From a virus (taxonomy: Duplodnaviria; Caudoviricetes), in the IMG/VR virus record IMGVR_UViG_3300035673_000004, positions 1 to 59,091 of that record: 59,091 nucleotides of DNA; one strand, given 5' to 3'. Below are positions 36,314 to 46,069 of the stretch, piece by piece. The translations under genes and the position numbers were made by a program. The notes beneath the pieces were generated by a model. The model was given only the letters and a program-made list of their open reading frames with translations. It was not told where the DNA came from and did no database searches. Numbering within the stretch: position 1 is the stretch's first letter; each line of letters begins with the position of its first letter.

Positions 36314-36679
36314 ATGCGAGAAGTTCCCGGCTATCCCGGCTACCTTGTTACGCCCGGTGGTGTCATCTGGTCTTTCCGGGTACTGGCCCCTTAAGGGCCA
36401 GTACCTCTTTCCGAGAGAGCATTCCGCGCAAGCTTAAGACCAGCATGCACGTGGGGTACGCAGGCTGAGAATATCGCCGATGCGATTGGACACGGCACGC
36501 ACGTTAGCGTACGACGCAGTGAGCGTGTCGGACCACGCAAGTTGCTGTCCGCCGATGTGGTCGCACTGAGGGCGGCGTCCCCCGATGAGGTTGAGTGCAT
36601 GTCGGTCGCGCTTGGCGTCACCGCGGACTATGCGCGGGCTGTGGCGCGTGGAAGGTATCGTCAGGGGATGCCGGTTTAA
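36314..36679 (+). pseudogene. Disrupted NUMOD4-HNH homing endonuclease
   Basis: N-terminus MREVPGYPGYLVTPGGVIWS (NUMOD4-like); C-terminus WGTQAENIADAIGHGT plus HTH-like tail in another frame; HNH core missing. Confidence 0.75.
36371..36413. mobile_element. 27-bp palindromic insertion with 8-bp target-site duplication
   Basis: TCTTTCCG [GGTACTGGCCCCTTAAGGGCCAGTACC] TCTTTCCG. Confidence 0.8.
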
Positions 36680-36769
36680 TTGTCTGAGGCCGCTGAGGGG
36701 GCGGAACCGCATGGGTAGCCACCGAGAGAATTTTTCCTCCTAGGGGGATTTTGGGTTAGGTGCGAACTA
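36680..36769. other. Probable cos packaging region
   Basis: Non-coding interval between HNH and terS, as in HK97-type cos phages; cut site not determined. Confidence 0.45.
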
Positions 36770-37351
36770 GTGCGAACAAGAGAAGGAAATTCTCCTAACT
36801 GGATTCAGATTGGTGAGGCATATTGCAACAAACCCGTTTCGATACGGGCTTTAGCGAAGCATCACGGCGTTTCTGATACAGCGGTTCGAAAAGAGGCCAA
36901 GAAGCGCGGTTGGACCCGCCCCGACGCCAACTCGCCACCCCGCGAACCTGAGTGCAAACCAGACCGCGAACCGACAGCGGATGGTGTTGAGACCCGCGCA
37001 AAGGTGGTCGCGTCCGCGACGGTAACGCAGCTCACGGCCCGCGGCCGGAATATCATTCTGGCCCTGATGGACGAACTGGAGTTTCTGAATCGAAACGCCT
37101 CGGTCCTGTCCGAGTTAGTTGAGGATCACTTCAACGGCGAGAAGGATGGTTCGACCAAGGCGAGGCTGCTCAAGGCGCTCGACCACGAGACGCGGACCAA
37201 GAGTTCGAATCAGTTGGCAACGGCGCTGGCGAAACTGAACGACGCGGCCCCTGGTAAGAAAGAGCAGGCCCAGGCCGCGGCGGAGACGGCGGGCCAGGGG
37301 TCGGGGTGGGGTGACGATCTCGATACGGGCATAACCGGCCGGCCGAACTGA
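36770..37351 (+). CDS. terS: Terminase small subunit
   Basis: N-terminal HTH SIRALAKHHGVSDTAVRKEAKKRGW; GKKEQAQAAA tail; coupled to terL. Confidence 0.85.
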   Translation: MRTREGNSPNWIQIGEAYCNKPVSIRALAKHHGVSDTAVRKEAKKRGWTRPDANSPPREPECKPDREPTADGVETRAKVVASATVTQLTARGRNIILALMDELEFLNRNASVLSELVEDHFNGEKDGSTKARLLKALDHETRTKSSNQLATALAKLNDAAPGKKEQAQAAAETAGQGSGWGDDLDTGITGRPN

Positions 37352-39033
37352 TGGATGCGTGGGACCTGTCCTGCCCCGATTGGGAGTCGAGGCTGCTGTC
37401 CGGCCAACCGCTGGTTCCGGAACTGCCGCTGTTCAAGGCGGAGGCAGCGAAGGCGCTGCGGGTCTTCAAGCGGCTAAAGCTGCCGGATGTCATCGGCACT
37501 CCTACAATGGCCGAAGCGTGCGGGGAATGGTTCTTCCCGATCGTGACGGCGCTGTTTGGGTCTTACGACCCCGTCAACAACGTCCGGATGATCCAGGAGA
37601 TCTTCGAACTCATCCCGAAAGGGAACAGCAAGAGTTCAAACGGCGGCGCTGTGATGGTTGCGGCAACCATCGTCAACCGCAGGCCGGAAGCGGAGTTCTT
37701 GTTTATTGCCCCGACGATCGAGATTGCGACCATCGCCTTCAAGCAGGCGAAGGGCACGATCCGGCTAGACCCTGATCTCGATAAGCTGTTTCAGATTCAA
37801 GACCACGTCCGGAAGGTGACGCATCGGCGCTCTGGCGCCACGCTGCAGATCAAGGCCGCCGATACCGACGTTATCACCGGATCGAAAGCCAGCGGCACGA
37901 TGATCGACGAGACACACGTTTTCGCGAAACGATCGAACGCAAAGGAAATATTCGTTGAGCTCCGTGGAGCGCTGACCAAGCGCCCTGACGGGTTTCTGTT
38001 CCAGACCACGACGCAATCGAAAACACCTCCGTCCGGAGTCTTCAAGTCCGAACTGGCGATGGCCCGTGCAGTGCGCGACGGCAAAATGAGATTGCCGCTT
38101 CTGCCGGTGTTGTACGAATTACCGGAGCGGATTTCGAAAGACGGCGGTTGGAAGAATCGGAAGTACTGGCCGCTGGTCAATCCGAACCTTGGCCGTTCGA
38201 CGAGCGAAACTTTTCTCGGCACCGAACTATTGAAGGCTGAAGAGGATGGGCCGGCGTCAATGGCGCTGCTTGCTTCGCAGCACTTCAACGTAGAGGTTGA
38301 CCAGGCGCTTCGCTCTGATGGATGGGCGGGTGCAACACTCTGGCCGCGCGGCGCTGAAAAGGGTTTGACACTCGCCGAAGTTCTTCGTCGCTCGGAAGTT
38401 TTGACGGTCGGGCTTGATGGAGGCGGTCTAGACGATTTGTTAGGCGTCTTCGTATTAGGCCGTGAAAAAGGAACCGATGTTTGGCTGAGCTGGGCGCACG
38501 CCTTTATCTCCCCCGAGGGTTGGGAGCGACGCAAGGCCAACCGAACTCTCTACGAAGACTTCATCAAGGATGGAGATCTGACGCTCGTTGATCGGCTGCC
38601 GGACGACGTCACGGCGGTCGTCGATATCGTCAAGCAGTGCTTGGACTCCGGCAAACTGGCGAAAGTCGGCGCCGATCCCGCCGGTATCGGGTCGATAGTC
38701 GATGCTCTCTCCCGCATCGGGGTCACGCAAGAAAACGAGTTACTCGTTGGCGTCCGACAGGGCGTCGCGCTGATGGGCCCCATTAAGACTGTCGAGCGCC
38801 GGCTCGCGGACGGATCGTTCAAGCATGGCGGCCGCCGTATGATGGCGTGGTGCGCGGGCAATGCGATCGTAGAGGCCACCGGAACCGGAATGCGTATCGC
38901 AAGAAATGCGTCGGGTTACGGGAAAGTCGATCCTCTCATGGCCGGATTCGATGCCGTCGCTGAGATGTCGTTGAACCCGGAGCCAATCCACGGGCCGTCA
39001 ATTTATGAATCGCGCCCGATGCTGATGGTCTAA
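37351..39033 (+). CDS. terL: Terminase large subunit
   Basis: IPKGNSKS (Walker A), MIDETH (Walker B), VGLDGGGLDD and KVDPLMA nuclease motifs. Confidence 0.97.
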   Translation: MDAWDLSCPDWESRLLSGQPLVPELPLFKAEAAKALRVFKRLKLPDVIGTPTMAEACGEWFFPIVTALFGSYDPVNNVRMIQEIFELIPKGNSKSSNGGAVMVAATIVNRRPEAEFLFIAPTIEIATIAFKQAKGTIRLDPDLDKLFQIQDHVRKVTHRRSGATLQIKAADTDVITGSKASGTMIDETHVFAKRSNAKEIFVELRGALTKRPDGFLFQTTTQSKTPPSGVFKSELAMARAVRDGKMRLPLLPVLYELPERISKDGGWKNRKYWPLVNPNLGRSTSETFLGTELLKAEEDGPASMALLASQHFNVEVDQALRSDGWAGATLWPRGAEKGLTLAEVLRRSEVLTVGLDGGGLDDLLGVFVLGREKGTDVWLSWAHAFISPEGWERRKANRTLYEDFIKDGDLTLVDRLPDDVTAVVDIVKQCLDSGKLAKVGADPAGIGSIVDALSRIGVTQENELLVGVRQGVALMGPIKTVERRLADGSFKHGGRRMMAWCAGNAIVEATGTGMRIARNASGYGKVDPLMAGFDAVAEMSLNPEPIHGPSIYESRPMLMV

Positions 39034-39043
39034 GGAAATTGAG

Positions 39044-40447
39044 ATGGGTCTGATCGACTTGGGCCGCCGCATTTTTGGCGGTGCGGTCGAAAAAGACTAC
39101 AACCCGGCTGACGCATCTGCGTTATGGGAAAATCTTGGTGGCGGTGGTTCCGCGACCGGGCTCCGAATTACTCAGTCGACGGCAGTCAGTGTCTCGACGG
39201 TGTATGCTTGTACCTCGATACGATCCAAGGATGTCGCGCGTTGCCAGCCGCGGCTGATGAAAGTAAATAGCGCGCGGGCCGACAAGCCTGTTACGGATCA
39301 TCCGGTCGCGAAACTGTTCGTGCGTCCGAACAAATGGCAGACGTGGACGGAATTCTGCCGGCAGATGCACGCCGCGTTTCTGCTTCGCTGTAATGCCTAT
39401 GCGGTTATTCTTCGTGATGGCCGCGGTAGGCCGATTGCGCTGATCCCTGTCAACCCGGATTACGTCACGCTCTATGAGGCGCCGGGCGGATATCTATTCT
39501 ACAACGTAACACGCCCTTCAATTTTCATGTCCGCGATTCTCGCGGGCCAGCCGTTGATGATTCCGGAAGATGATGTTTTTCATCTTCGCGATCTAGGCTT
39601 CAATATGCTTGTGGGGCTTTCTCGCATCGCTGTTGCGCGAGACTCGTTCGGTGTTGCTCTCGGCCTCGAACAGCAGGCGGCTAGATTTATGGCGAACGGT
39701 GCGCGTCCTAGCGGCGTGCTGACGACCGACAAGAAGCTGAGTGAATCAACCGCGCTTCGCCTGCGCACGCAATGGGAGCAACTTCGTTCCGGCATTCAAA
39801 ATGCCGGTCGCACTGCAATCCTTGAAGAGGGATTGAAGTGGAATGCGATGCAATTGAATTCGGTAGACCTTGAGTTCATCGCGCAGCGCGAGTTTTCGAT
39901 CGGTGACGTTGCGCGCTGGTTTGATATGCCGCTCTACAAGCTCGGTGTCAAAGGCGAGATGGCGCGCATCAAGTTCGATGACGCCGACCAGGCATACGTC
40001 AACACCACGATCATGCCGGACCTGGATGCGTGGGAACAGAAGTTCGTCCAGAAGTTCGATCTCGATAAAGAGGATTTGGTCGCAGACTTCGACGAACGAA
40101 GGCTGTTACGAGCTGCGGAAGCGACGCGGATAAATAACCAGCGCCTCAAGATCATGTCTGGCATCTCGACGCAGAACGAGTGCCGCGCCGAAAATGGCGA
40201 TCCGCCGTTGCCTGGCGGCGACGTGCTGCTGACTCCGGTCAATCTTGCTCCGGCTGGTTCGGACATGTCGGGTGCTCCCGCGGACGGAGCAGGGCGGCCG
40301 GATGACGGAACGTTGTCGGACTCCCCGAGTACGCCAGCGGCGCCGCAGAAGTCAGTGATCGCGCCTTACATCGTAAGCGAGCAAAGCGCGTTCGTTCAAA
40401 ATACGTTAGCGGCGATTCCCGAAACGACGATGCAGGAGAATGGTTGA
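39044..40447 (+). CDS. Portal protein (HK97 family)
   Basis: VYAC...RPNKWQT...GLSRI...NGARPSGVL...ILEEG...NECRA. Confidence 0.97.
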   Translation: MGLIDLGRRIFGGAVEKDYNPADASALWENLGGGGSATGLRITQSTAVSVSTVYACTSIRSKDVARCQPRLMKVNSARADKPVTDHPVAKLFVRPNKWQTWTEFCRQMHAAFLLRCNAYAVILRDGRGRPIALIPVNPDYVTLYEAPGGYLFYNVTRPSIFMSAILAGQPLMIPEDDVFHLRDLGFNMLVGLSRIAVARDSFGVALGLEQQAARFMANGARPSGVLTTDKKLSESTALRLRTQWEQLRSGIQNAGRTAILEEGLKWNAMQLNSVDLEFIAQREFSIGDVARWFDMPLYKLGVKGEMARIKFDDADQAYVNTTIMPDLDAWEQKFVQKFDLDKEDLVADFDERRLLRAAEATRINNQRLKIMSGISTQNECRAENGDPPLPGGDVLLTPVNLAPAGSDMSGAPADGAGRPDDGTLSDSPSTPAAPQKSVIAPYIVSEQSAFVQNTLAAIPETTMQENG

Positions 40448-41505
40448 TGAGGCGTCGTGCATTTCCGGGAGGCGGCCCAGAGGTCGAAGCGCGCTATCAA
40501 CGCGCTGGGCAATGGCTACTCGCCGCCGTCTATCAGGATGAAAAAGCCGCGCTCTGGTGTGCGACGAACGGCGTTCGCATGACGAAGGCCGCAGCCGAGG
40601 GTATCGGATCAAGCGGTGGGTTTCTTGTTCCGACCGATCTCGCCAATGCAATTCTGGATTTGCGCGACAGTTACGGCGCGTTCCGCCGCCGCGCTCGCAT
40701 TGTGCCGATGGCGTCGGACAACACTTCCGTTCCGCGGCGCCCTGGTGGAACGGGCGCGTTCTTCATGGGCGAGAACAATACAGCATCAACCGATGTCAGC
40801 TCCAGCGTCTCCGTCGATCAGATCAGCCTGACAGCCAAGAAAATCGGCTCACTTATCAAGTTGCCGAGCGAACTTGAAGAAGATGCGTCGGTCGATATGG
40901 TCGATTTTGTCGCCAACGAAATCGCATGGGCATTTGCCGCGCTGGAAGACGATTGCGCGTTCAACGGCACCGGGACTTCGGCCTACGGCAAGATGCGCGG
41001 TATCGGGTCCATCGTTCTTGATGGCAATCACGCCAAGGCGAAAGTCACCGCCGCTCACAATACGTTTCTCACGCTCGACTCGACGGACTTAGGCAATCTC
41101 ATGGCCGCTGTGCGGGCGTCGGCAATTCCGAACGCTGCGTGGTTCTGTTCGCAGACCTGTTTCGCGACCACGTTCTGCCGGCTTACCGGTGGCAGTGGCT
41201 ATCTCGAAACCAGAATTGTAGACGGCGTCTCTACGCCGTTCTACCAAGGCTTCCCTGTCATCCTTTCGCAGAAGATGCCACTTGTCGCAACGTCGCTAAG
41301 TGGTGCCGTCATGCTCGCCTTCGGCGATATGTACGCCGGCGGTGCGCTCGGTCAGCGCCGCGGCGTGACGTTGGCTCGCTCGGCGGATCGTTACCTTGAC
41401 CAAGATCAGATCGCGGTGCTTGGCACCGAGCGTTTCCATGCCGTTGTGCATGACCTTGGCGACAATGCGAACTCTGGCTCGCTCGCCGCTTTGGTCGGAA
41501 GTTGA
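40447..41505 (+). CDS. HK97-fold capsid protein paralogue 1 (short N-terminus)
   Basis: GGFLVP...AFFMGEN...LTAKK...FNGTGT...AFGDM...GTERF; TGATG coupling to portal. Confidence 0.9.
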   Translation: MRRRAFPGGGPEVEARYQRAGQWLLAAVYQDEKAALWCATNGVRMTKAAAEGIGSSGGFLVPTDLANAILDLRDSYGAFRRRARIVPMASDNTSVPRRPGGTGAFFMGENNTASTDVSSSVSVDQISLTAKKIGSLIKLPSELEEDASVDMVDFVANEIAWAFAALEDDCAFNGTGTSAYGKMRGIGSIVLDGNHAKAKVTAAHNTFLTLDSTDLGNLMAAVRASAIPNAAWFCSQTCFATTFCRLTGGSGYLETRIVDGVSTPFYQGFPVILSQKMPLVATSLSGAVMLAFGDMYAGGALGQRRGVTLARSADRYLDQDQIAVLGTERFHAVVHDLGDNANSGSLAALVGS

Positions 41506-41527
41506 GAATGATTATCGGGAGATGCGT

Positions 41528-42823
41528 ATGACGCGCAAGCTGTTGACGATCGATGAATTCCGCGCGGCGGCGAAAGATGGCGGTAGACCGGAAGGGACCG
41601 TCCTCCGTCTCGCCGTGGCCGAACCCGAAACAGCCGCCGACGATAGCCGCAAGGTTCGTTTCGTTTTCAGCGACGGAACGATAGACCACGCTGGCGACAG
41701 CATCGATCCGGCTGGGTGGCAGACTGCGACTTATCTTAAAAATCCGGTTGCGCTTTGGGCGCATGACAGTTCGTCGCCTCCGATCGGGCGGTCCTCCAAC
41801 GTGGGTGCGTTTGGCGGCAAGCTGATGGGCGATATCGAGTTCATGACGGCGGATATCAGTGCCTTCGCAGATTCAATTTACCGCATGGTGGCGGCGGGAT
41901 TCATCAAGGCGGTGAGCGTCGGATTTATTCCGCTCAAGTGGGTTTTCGTAAGCGATAAAGACCGGCCGTTCGGTATCGATTTCACCAAACAGGAATTGCT
42001 TGAAATTTCCGTATGTCCGGTGCCGTGCAATCCGAACGCCTTGCAGGAAGCGAAATCGCTAGGCATCGACACGGGTCCACTGCGTGAATGGGCGTCGAAA
42101 GTCTTGGATGAGGGTGGTCACATCCTAATCCCACGCAACGTTCTGGAAGAGACGTTCCGCCAAGCCAAGACGCCTCGCGCGGTGCGGCAGAAATATCTGG
42201 CGAAGTCCGAAATTGTTGCCGCATGGAAGGCTGGGGCAGCCGAAGATTTGTCGGTTATCGAATCCGACACGTGGGACGGTGCCGCCGCGGCGAAGCGGAT
42301 GCTTGATGCGGCCGGCTTTGATGGCGATGCACCGGACGCTGCGAAGGCAGCGCGCGGGTTTCTCATTCATGACGCCGCCAACCCAACGCTGCGCAGCAGC
42401 TACGCGCTGCCGTTCGCTGATATCATCGATGGCGAGTTAAAGGCCGTCAAACCCGGTATTGTCGCCGCCAAGAGTCGCATCGATCAATCTGACGCGCCCG
42501 CCGCAGTGCGCGCTGAGGCAAAGGAAATTGCCGACGAATACGACTTGAAGGAAGTCGTTGCCGTCGAAAAAATTATCGGGGTGCCGGAGGAGAAAGCCGG
42601 ACGCCGTATCAGCAGCGCCAACGAGGCGAAGCTGAAGGCTGCAATGGACCATCACGCGTCCGCAACTCAATGCATCAAGGATGTGCTCGACAGCAACGCC
42701 GCTGCCGAAGATCCGGATGGCGATAATGACGATCCCGCTGACGTTCCGGAAGTTGTAGTACTTTCCGCGATCGAGCAGCGCATCGCCGAAGCGAAAGCGC
42801 TGAGAGCTACCGTCAAAATCTAA
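41528..42823 (+). CDS. Prohead maturation protease with C-terminal extra domain
   Basis: NPVALWAHD, AVSVGF, LLEISVCPVPCNPNA. Confidence 0.93.
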   Translation: MTRKLLTIDEFRAAAKDGGRPEGTVLRLAVAEPETAADDSRKVRFVFSDGTIDHAGDSIDPAGWQTATYLKNPVALWAHDSSSPPIGRSSNVGAFGGKLMGDIEFMTADISAFADSIYRMVAAGFIKAVSVGFIPLKWVFVSDKDRPFGIDFTKQELLEISVCPVPCNPNALQEAKSLGIDTGPLREWASKVLDEGGHILIPRNVLEETFRQAKTPRAVRQKYLAKSEIVAAWKAGAAEDLSVIESDTWDGAAAAKRMLDAAGFDGDAPDAAKAARGFLIHDAANPTLRSSYALPFADIIDGELKAVKPGIVAAKSRIDQSDAPAAVRAEAKEIADEYDLKEVVAVEKIIGVPEEKAGRRISSANEAKLKAAMDHHASATQCIKDVLDSNAAAEDPDGDNDDPADVPEVVVLSAIEQRIAEAKALRATVKI

Positions 42824-42951
42824 AGCCTGAAATTTTCTAAATCGATCGACGTCATTCGCAAGACTGACGGACGCCGCGCATCGCGCCGCTGGCAACACCG
42901 CCTATTCCCCGCGCTTAGGCAGCGCACCAGCGGAAAAATGGAAACATAGCG

Positions 42952-44265
42952 ATGGCTACCAAGAAGCACGAAGTCAAACAGCATCTCGCTGCGTTGGCTG
43001 ATGAAATCGAGAAGATGGCCGGCAAGTCCGAGGATCAGGGCTTCAAACAGGACATCTACGACGCACTCAAGGAAAAGTTCGTCGAAGTCACGGCACAGCT
43101 TGGCCGCGTCGAAGAGGCCGAAACGATCGCGCGCAATCTCGCGACCGCCGTACCCGGCCAGGATCGCCTGACTCCGTTCGCGCCGCCCAGCGCGCACAAG
43201 CTTTTCAGCACGGTCAAGAATTTCCAGGACCGTGAGATCGAGGGCCGCATGGTTCGCTCCGTCGATCAGGCGTACACGGCCGGCATGTGGTTCAAGGCGA
43301 CTCTGATGGACGATCCCGTCGCCAAGGATTGGTGCCAGTCGCGCGGCGTCTCGATTGCCAAGGCGCAGGGCGAAGGTGTCGACTCTGCCGGCGGCTTTCT
43401 CGTTCCCGAAGAGTTGATGGCGAATATCATCGTGCTCCGTGAGCAGTTCGGCGTGTTCCGGCAGGAATGCCAGGTCGTACCGATGGGCTCCGATACGCTC
43501 AACTGGCCGCGCCGGACTGGCGGTCTCACTGCGTACTTCACGGGTGAAAATCAGGCTGCCACCGAGTCTCAGGCTGCTTGGGATAACATCAACCTGACCG
43601 CCAAGAAATGCGCCGTGCTCACGCGCATGTCGACCGAAATCGAGCAGGATGCCGTGGTCGCGATCGCCGACTGGTTGGTCGGCGAAATGGCCTACGCCTT
43701 CGCTTCGAAGGAAGACGATTGCGGTTTCAACGGCGACGGCACGTCGACCTACGGCGGTATGCGCGGCACCACGTTCCTCGCGACCGATGGTAGCCACACC
43801 GCGGGCAAGATCAATGGCGGCGCCTCGTTTGCCGCAACTACGCTTGCTCAGCTTACGGCGTTGATGGGCCTCCTGCCGCAATACGCCGCCGGAAGCGCCA
43901 AGTGGTATATGTCGCAGCAGGCGTTCTATTCGATCGTTGCGAATCTGCTCGCAGCCGCCGGTGGCAACAGGCTCGATATCCTGTCCGAAGGCGTGCAGAA
44001 GCGCTTGCTTGGTTTCGATGTGGTGATTGCGCAGAAGTTGCCGATCGTTATCCCGGCGACAACCAAGGCCATGCTTCACTTCGGCGACTTGAAAAAGGCG
44101 GCGATGATGGGCGAGCGCCGGGGCGTCACGATCAAGCGCTCGGATCACCGGTACTTCGAGAACGATCAGATCGGTCTGCTCGGCACCGAGCGTTTCGACG
44201 CGAACGTCCACGATATCGGCGACAACACCAGCGCCGGCCCACTCGTGACGCTGGTCGTTCCGTAA
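42952..44265 (+). CDS. Major capsid protein (HK97 fold, with delta/scaffold domain)
   Basis: N-terminal coiled coil; GGFLVPEE...AYFTGEN...LTAKK...HFGDL...GTERFD. Confidence 0.96.
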   Translation: MATKKHEVKQHLAALADEIEKMAGKSEDQGFKQDIYDALKEKFVEVTAQLGRVEEAETIARNLATAVPGQDRLTPFAPPSAHKLFSTVKNFQDREIEGRMVRSVDQAYTAGMWFKATLMDDPVAKDWCQSRGVSIAKAQGEGVDSAGGFLVPEELMANIIVLREQFGVFRQECQVVPMGSDTLNWPRRTGGLTAYFTGENQAATESQAAWDNINLTAKKCAVLTRMSTEIEQDAVVAIADWLVGEMAYAFASKEDDCGFNGDGTSTYGGMRGTTFLATDGSHTAGKINGGASFAATTLAQLTALMGLLPQYAAGSAKWYMSQQAFYSIVANLLAAAGGNRLDILSEGVQKRLLGFDVVIAQKLPIVIPATTKAMLHFGDLKKAAMMGERRGVTIKRSDHRYFENDQIGLLGTERFDANVHDIGDNTSAGPLVTLVVP

Positions 44266-44279
44266 CCTTGAGCAAATCG

Positions 44280-44307
44280 CGACCCGCTTAACGGCGGGTC
44301 GTTATTT
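44280..44307 (+). terminator. Hairpin/terminator after major capsid gene
   Basis: CGACCCGC-TTAACG-GCGGGTCG followed by TTATTT. Confidence 0.6.
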
Positions 44308-44339
44308 CCCCTTTCATCTCTTTGCCCAAGGAGGGCATC

Positions 44340-44810
44340 ATGACGGTTCCCGCAGCTAAACTTCTTCTCGATACTGTGGCTGGCACTGTCGGCGCGCTGA
44401 CCAACGGCGCCACCGGCACTTCAGCCAACATCGACACGCTTGGTTTTGACTTCGTGTCGATCGATGTGTCTGCAACCACGCAATCCGCTTCGACCCAGGC
44501 CGGCTCGCCTTCGGTCCTGAAGATTCAGGAGTGCGACACCACGGTCGTCACCTCGTTTGCCGATGTTGTCGGCTTCCGCGGCGGTTCTGCAACTGCGACC
44601 AACGTCGACTTCGTGGTCGGTATCGGCCGAACCTCGGGCGTCAACGCGTACAAGTTCAACGTCGATTGCCGCGCCCGCAAGCGGTATCTCAACGTCGTTC
44701 TGACGCCGACCACGACGCAGACGTTCTACGTCACCGCCAACGGCTTCCGCGGCGAGACCTCGCCGTCGACTGCTTCCAAGGCCGGCGTGATCTCGCTGAT
44801 CGAGGGCTAA
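44340..44810 (+). CDS. Putative head decoration protein
   Basis: Beta-rich Thr/Ser-rich protein after the capsid gene; IDTLGFD...KRYLNV; AAGGAG RBS. Confidence 0.7.
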   Translation: MTVPAAKLLLDTVAGTVGALTNGATGTSANIDTLGFDFVSIDVSATTQSASTQAGSPSVLKIQECDTTVVTSFADVVGFRGGSATATNVDFVVGIGRTSGVNAYKFNVDCRARKRYLNVVLTPTTTQTFYVTANGFRGETSPSTASKAGVISLIEG

Positions 44811-44914
44811 CGAAGTTCCACTTCTGGCCCACACCAGGAGCGAACCTCAGCGCTGAATAGACGGAGGGGGATGTGGGTCCCTCTCCGTCGCCCTTCCCAC
44901 AATGGCAAAACGAA

Positions 44915-46069
44915 ATGATCAAACTTGATCTCGGGGCCGGACAGGTTCTGCGGCCTGACTTCATTCCGATGGGCCGCGACCACGGAACGGAAATTTACCC
45001 ACTCGCGTATGCCGACGAATCCGTCGATGAAATAGTTGCCTCGCACGTTTTGGAACACTTCCCGTACCGAGCGCTTGGTGCCATTGTTGCGGATTGGGCA
45101 CGATGCCTAAAGAAGGGCGGCAAGCTCAGGATCGCCGTTCCTGACTTCGCGCTGATCGCGCAAAACTATCTCGAAGGAAAACAGCAGCCACACGAGTCGT
45201 TTATCCTCGGCGGCCAGCAGGATGGTAACGACTACCATAAGGCAATGTTCGATCGCGACCGCCTGCGCGGTCTGCTGGCCGGCGCCGGACTTGTTCTAAT
45301 CGGATCGTGGAAATCTGAAATCGCTGACTGCGCGGCGTATCCGATCTCGCTCAATCTGGAGGCCAGAAAGCCTCACGCTTCGCAACTCACTGTCTCCGGC
45401 TGCATGTCCACGCCGCGGCTCGGGTTCATGGACAATTTCTTCTCCTGCTTTGAGGCCTGTGTTCCCTGCAATGTAAAATTGCGAAAACACGGTGGCGCCT
45501 TCTGGGGCCAGTCCATGACGAAGGTTTTCGAACGGACGATCGAGCAGGACAACCCGGACCTGATCCTCACGATCGACTACGACACGGTAATGACGGCGGG
45601 GCATCTGTCCCGCATGATCCAGACGATGATGCTTTACCCGGAGATCGACGCACTGGCGCCGATTCAATCTTCTCGGCATCACACCACGACACTATTCACT
45701 GTGGCGGGCGATGACGGCAAGAATGTCGATGGGCTACCGCGCACCGCGCTCGATGCCGACACGACGCCGGTAAAGACCGCGCATTTCGGGCTGACGCTGT
45801 TGCGGACGGCTGCGCTCAAGAAGATGGCGAAGCCTTGGTTTCATGCCATTCCTTCCCCGGCGGGTGATTGGGGCGAAGGGCATGTCGATGACGATATCCA
45901 GTTCTGGCGCCAATGGGAGGCGGCAGGAAATTCGCTACACCTCGCCAACCGCGTTGCGATCGGTCACATGGAATTGCTGGTCAAGTGGCCGGACATCAAC
46001 CTGACCACGTTCCACCAGCCGGTAACTGACTATCAGATTAACGGCGTTCCGGAAGAGTGCTGGAAATGA
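44915..46069 (+). CDS. Class I SAM methyltransferase / GT-A glycosyltransferase fusion
   Basis: KLDLGAG...VDEIVASHVLEH...RCLKKGGKLRIAVPD; ILTIDYD (DxD), FGLTLL, PWF, DDIQFW, IGH. Confidence 0.85.
   Translation: MIKLDLGAGQVLRPDFIPMGRDHGTEIYPLAYADESVDEIVASHVLEHFPYRALGAIVADWARCLKKGGKLRIAVPDFALIAQNYLEGKQQPHESFILGGQQDGNDYHKAMFDRDRLRGLLAGAGLVLIGSWKSEIADCAAYPISLNLEARKPHASQLTVSGCMSTPRLGFMDNFFSCFEACVPCNVKLRKHGGAFWGQSMTKVFERTIEQDNPDLILTIDYDTVMTAGHLSRMIQTMMLYPEIDALAPIQSSRHHTTTLFTVAGDDGKNVDGLPRTALDADTTPVKTAHFGLTLLRTAALKKMAKPWFHAIPSPAGDWGEGHVDDDIQFWRQWEAAGNSLHLANRVAIGHMELLVKWPDINLTTFHQPVTDYQINGVPEECWK

Noticed and set aside
42820-44211. 463-aa minus-strand ORF
   Set aside because: Antisense shadow of the codon-biased major capsid gene
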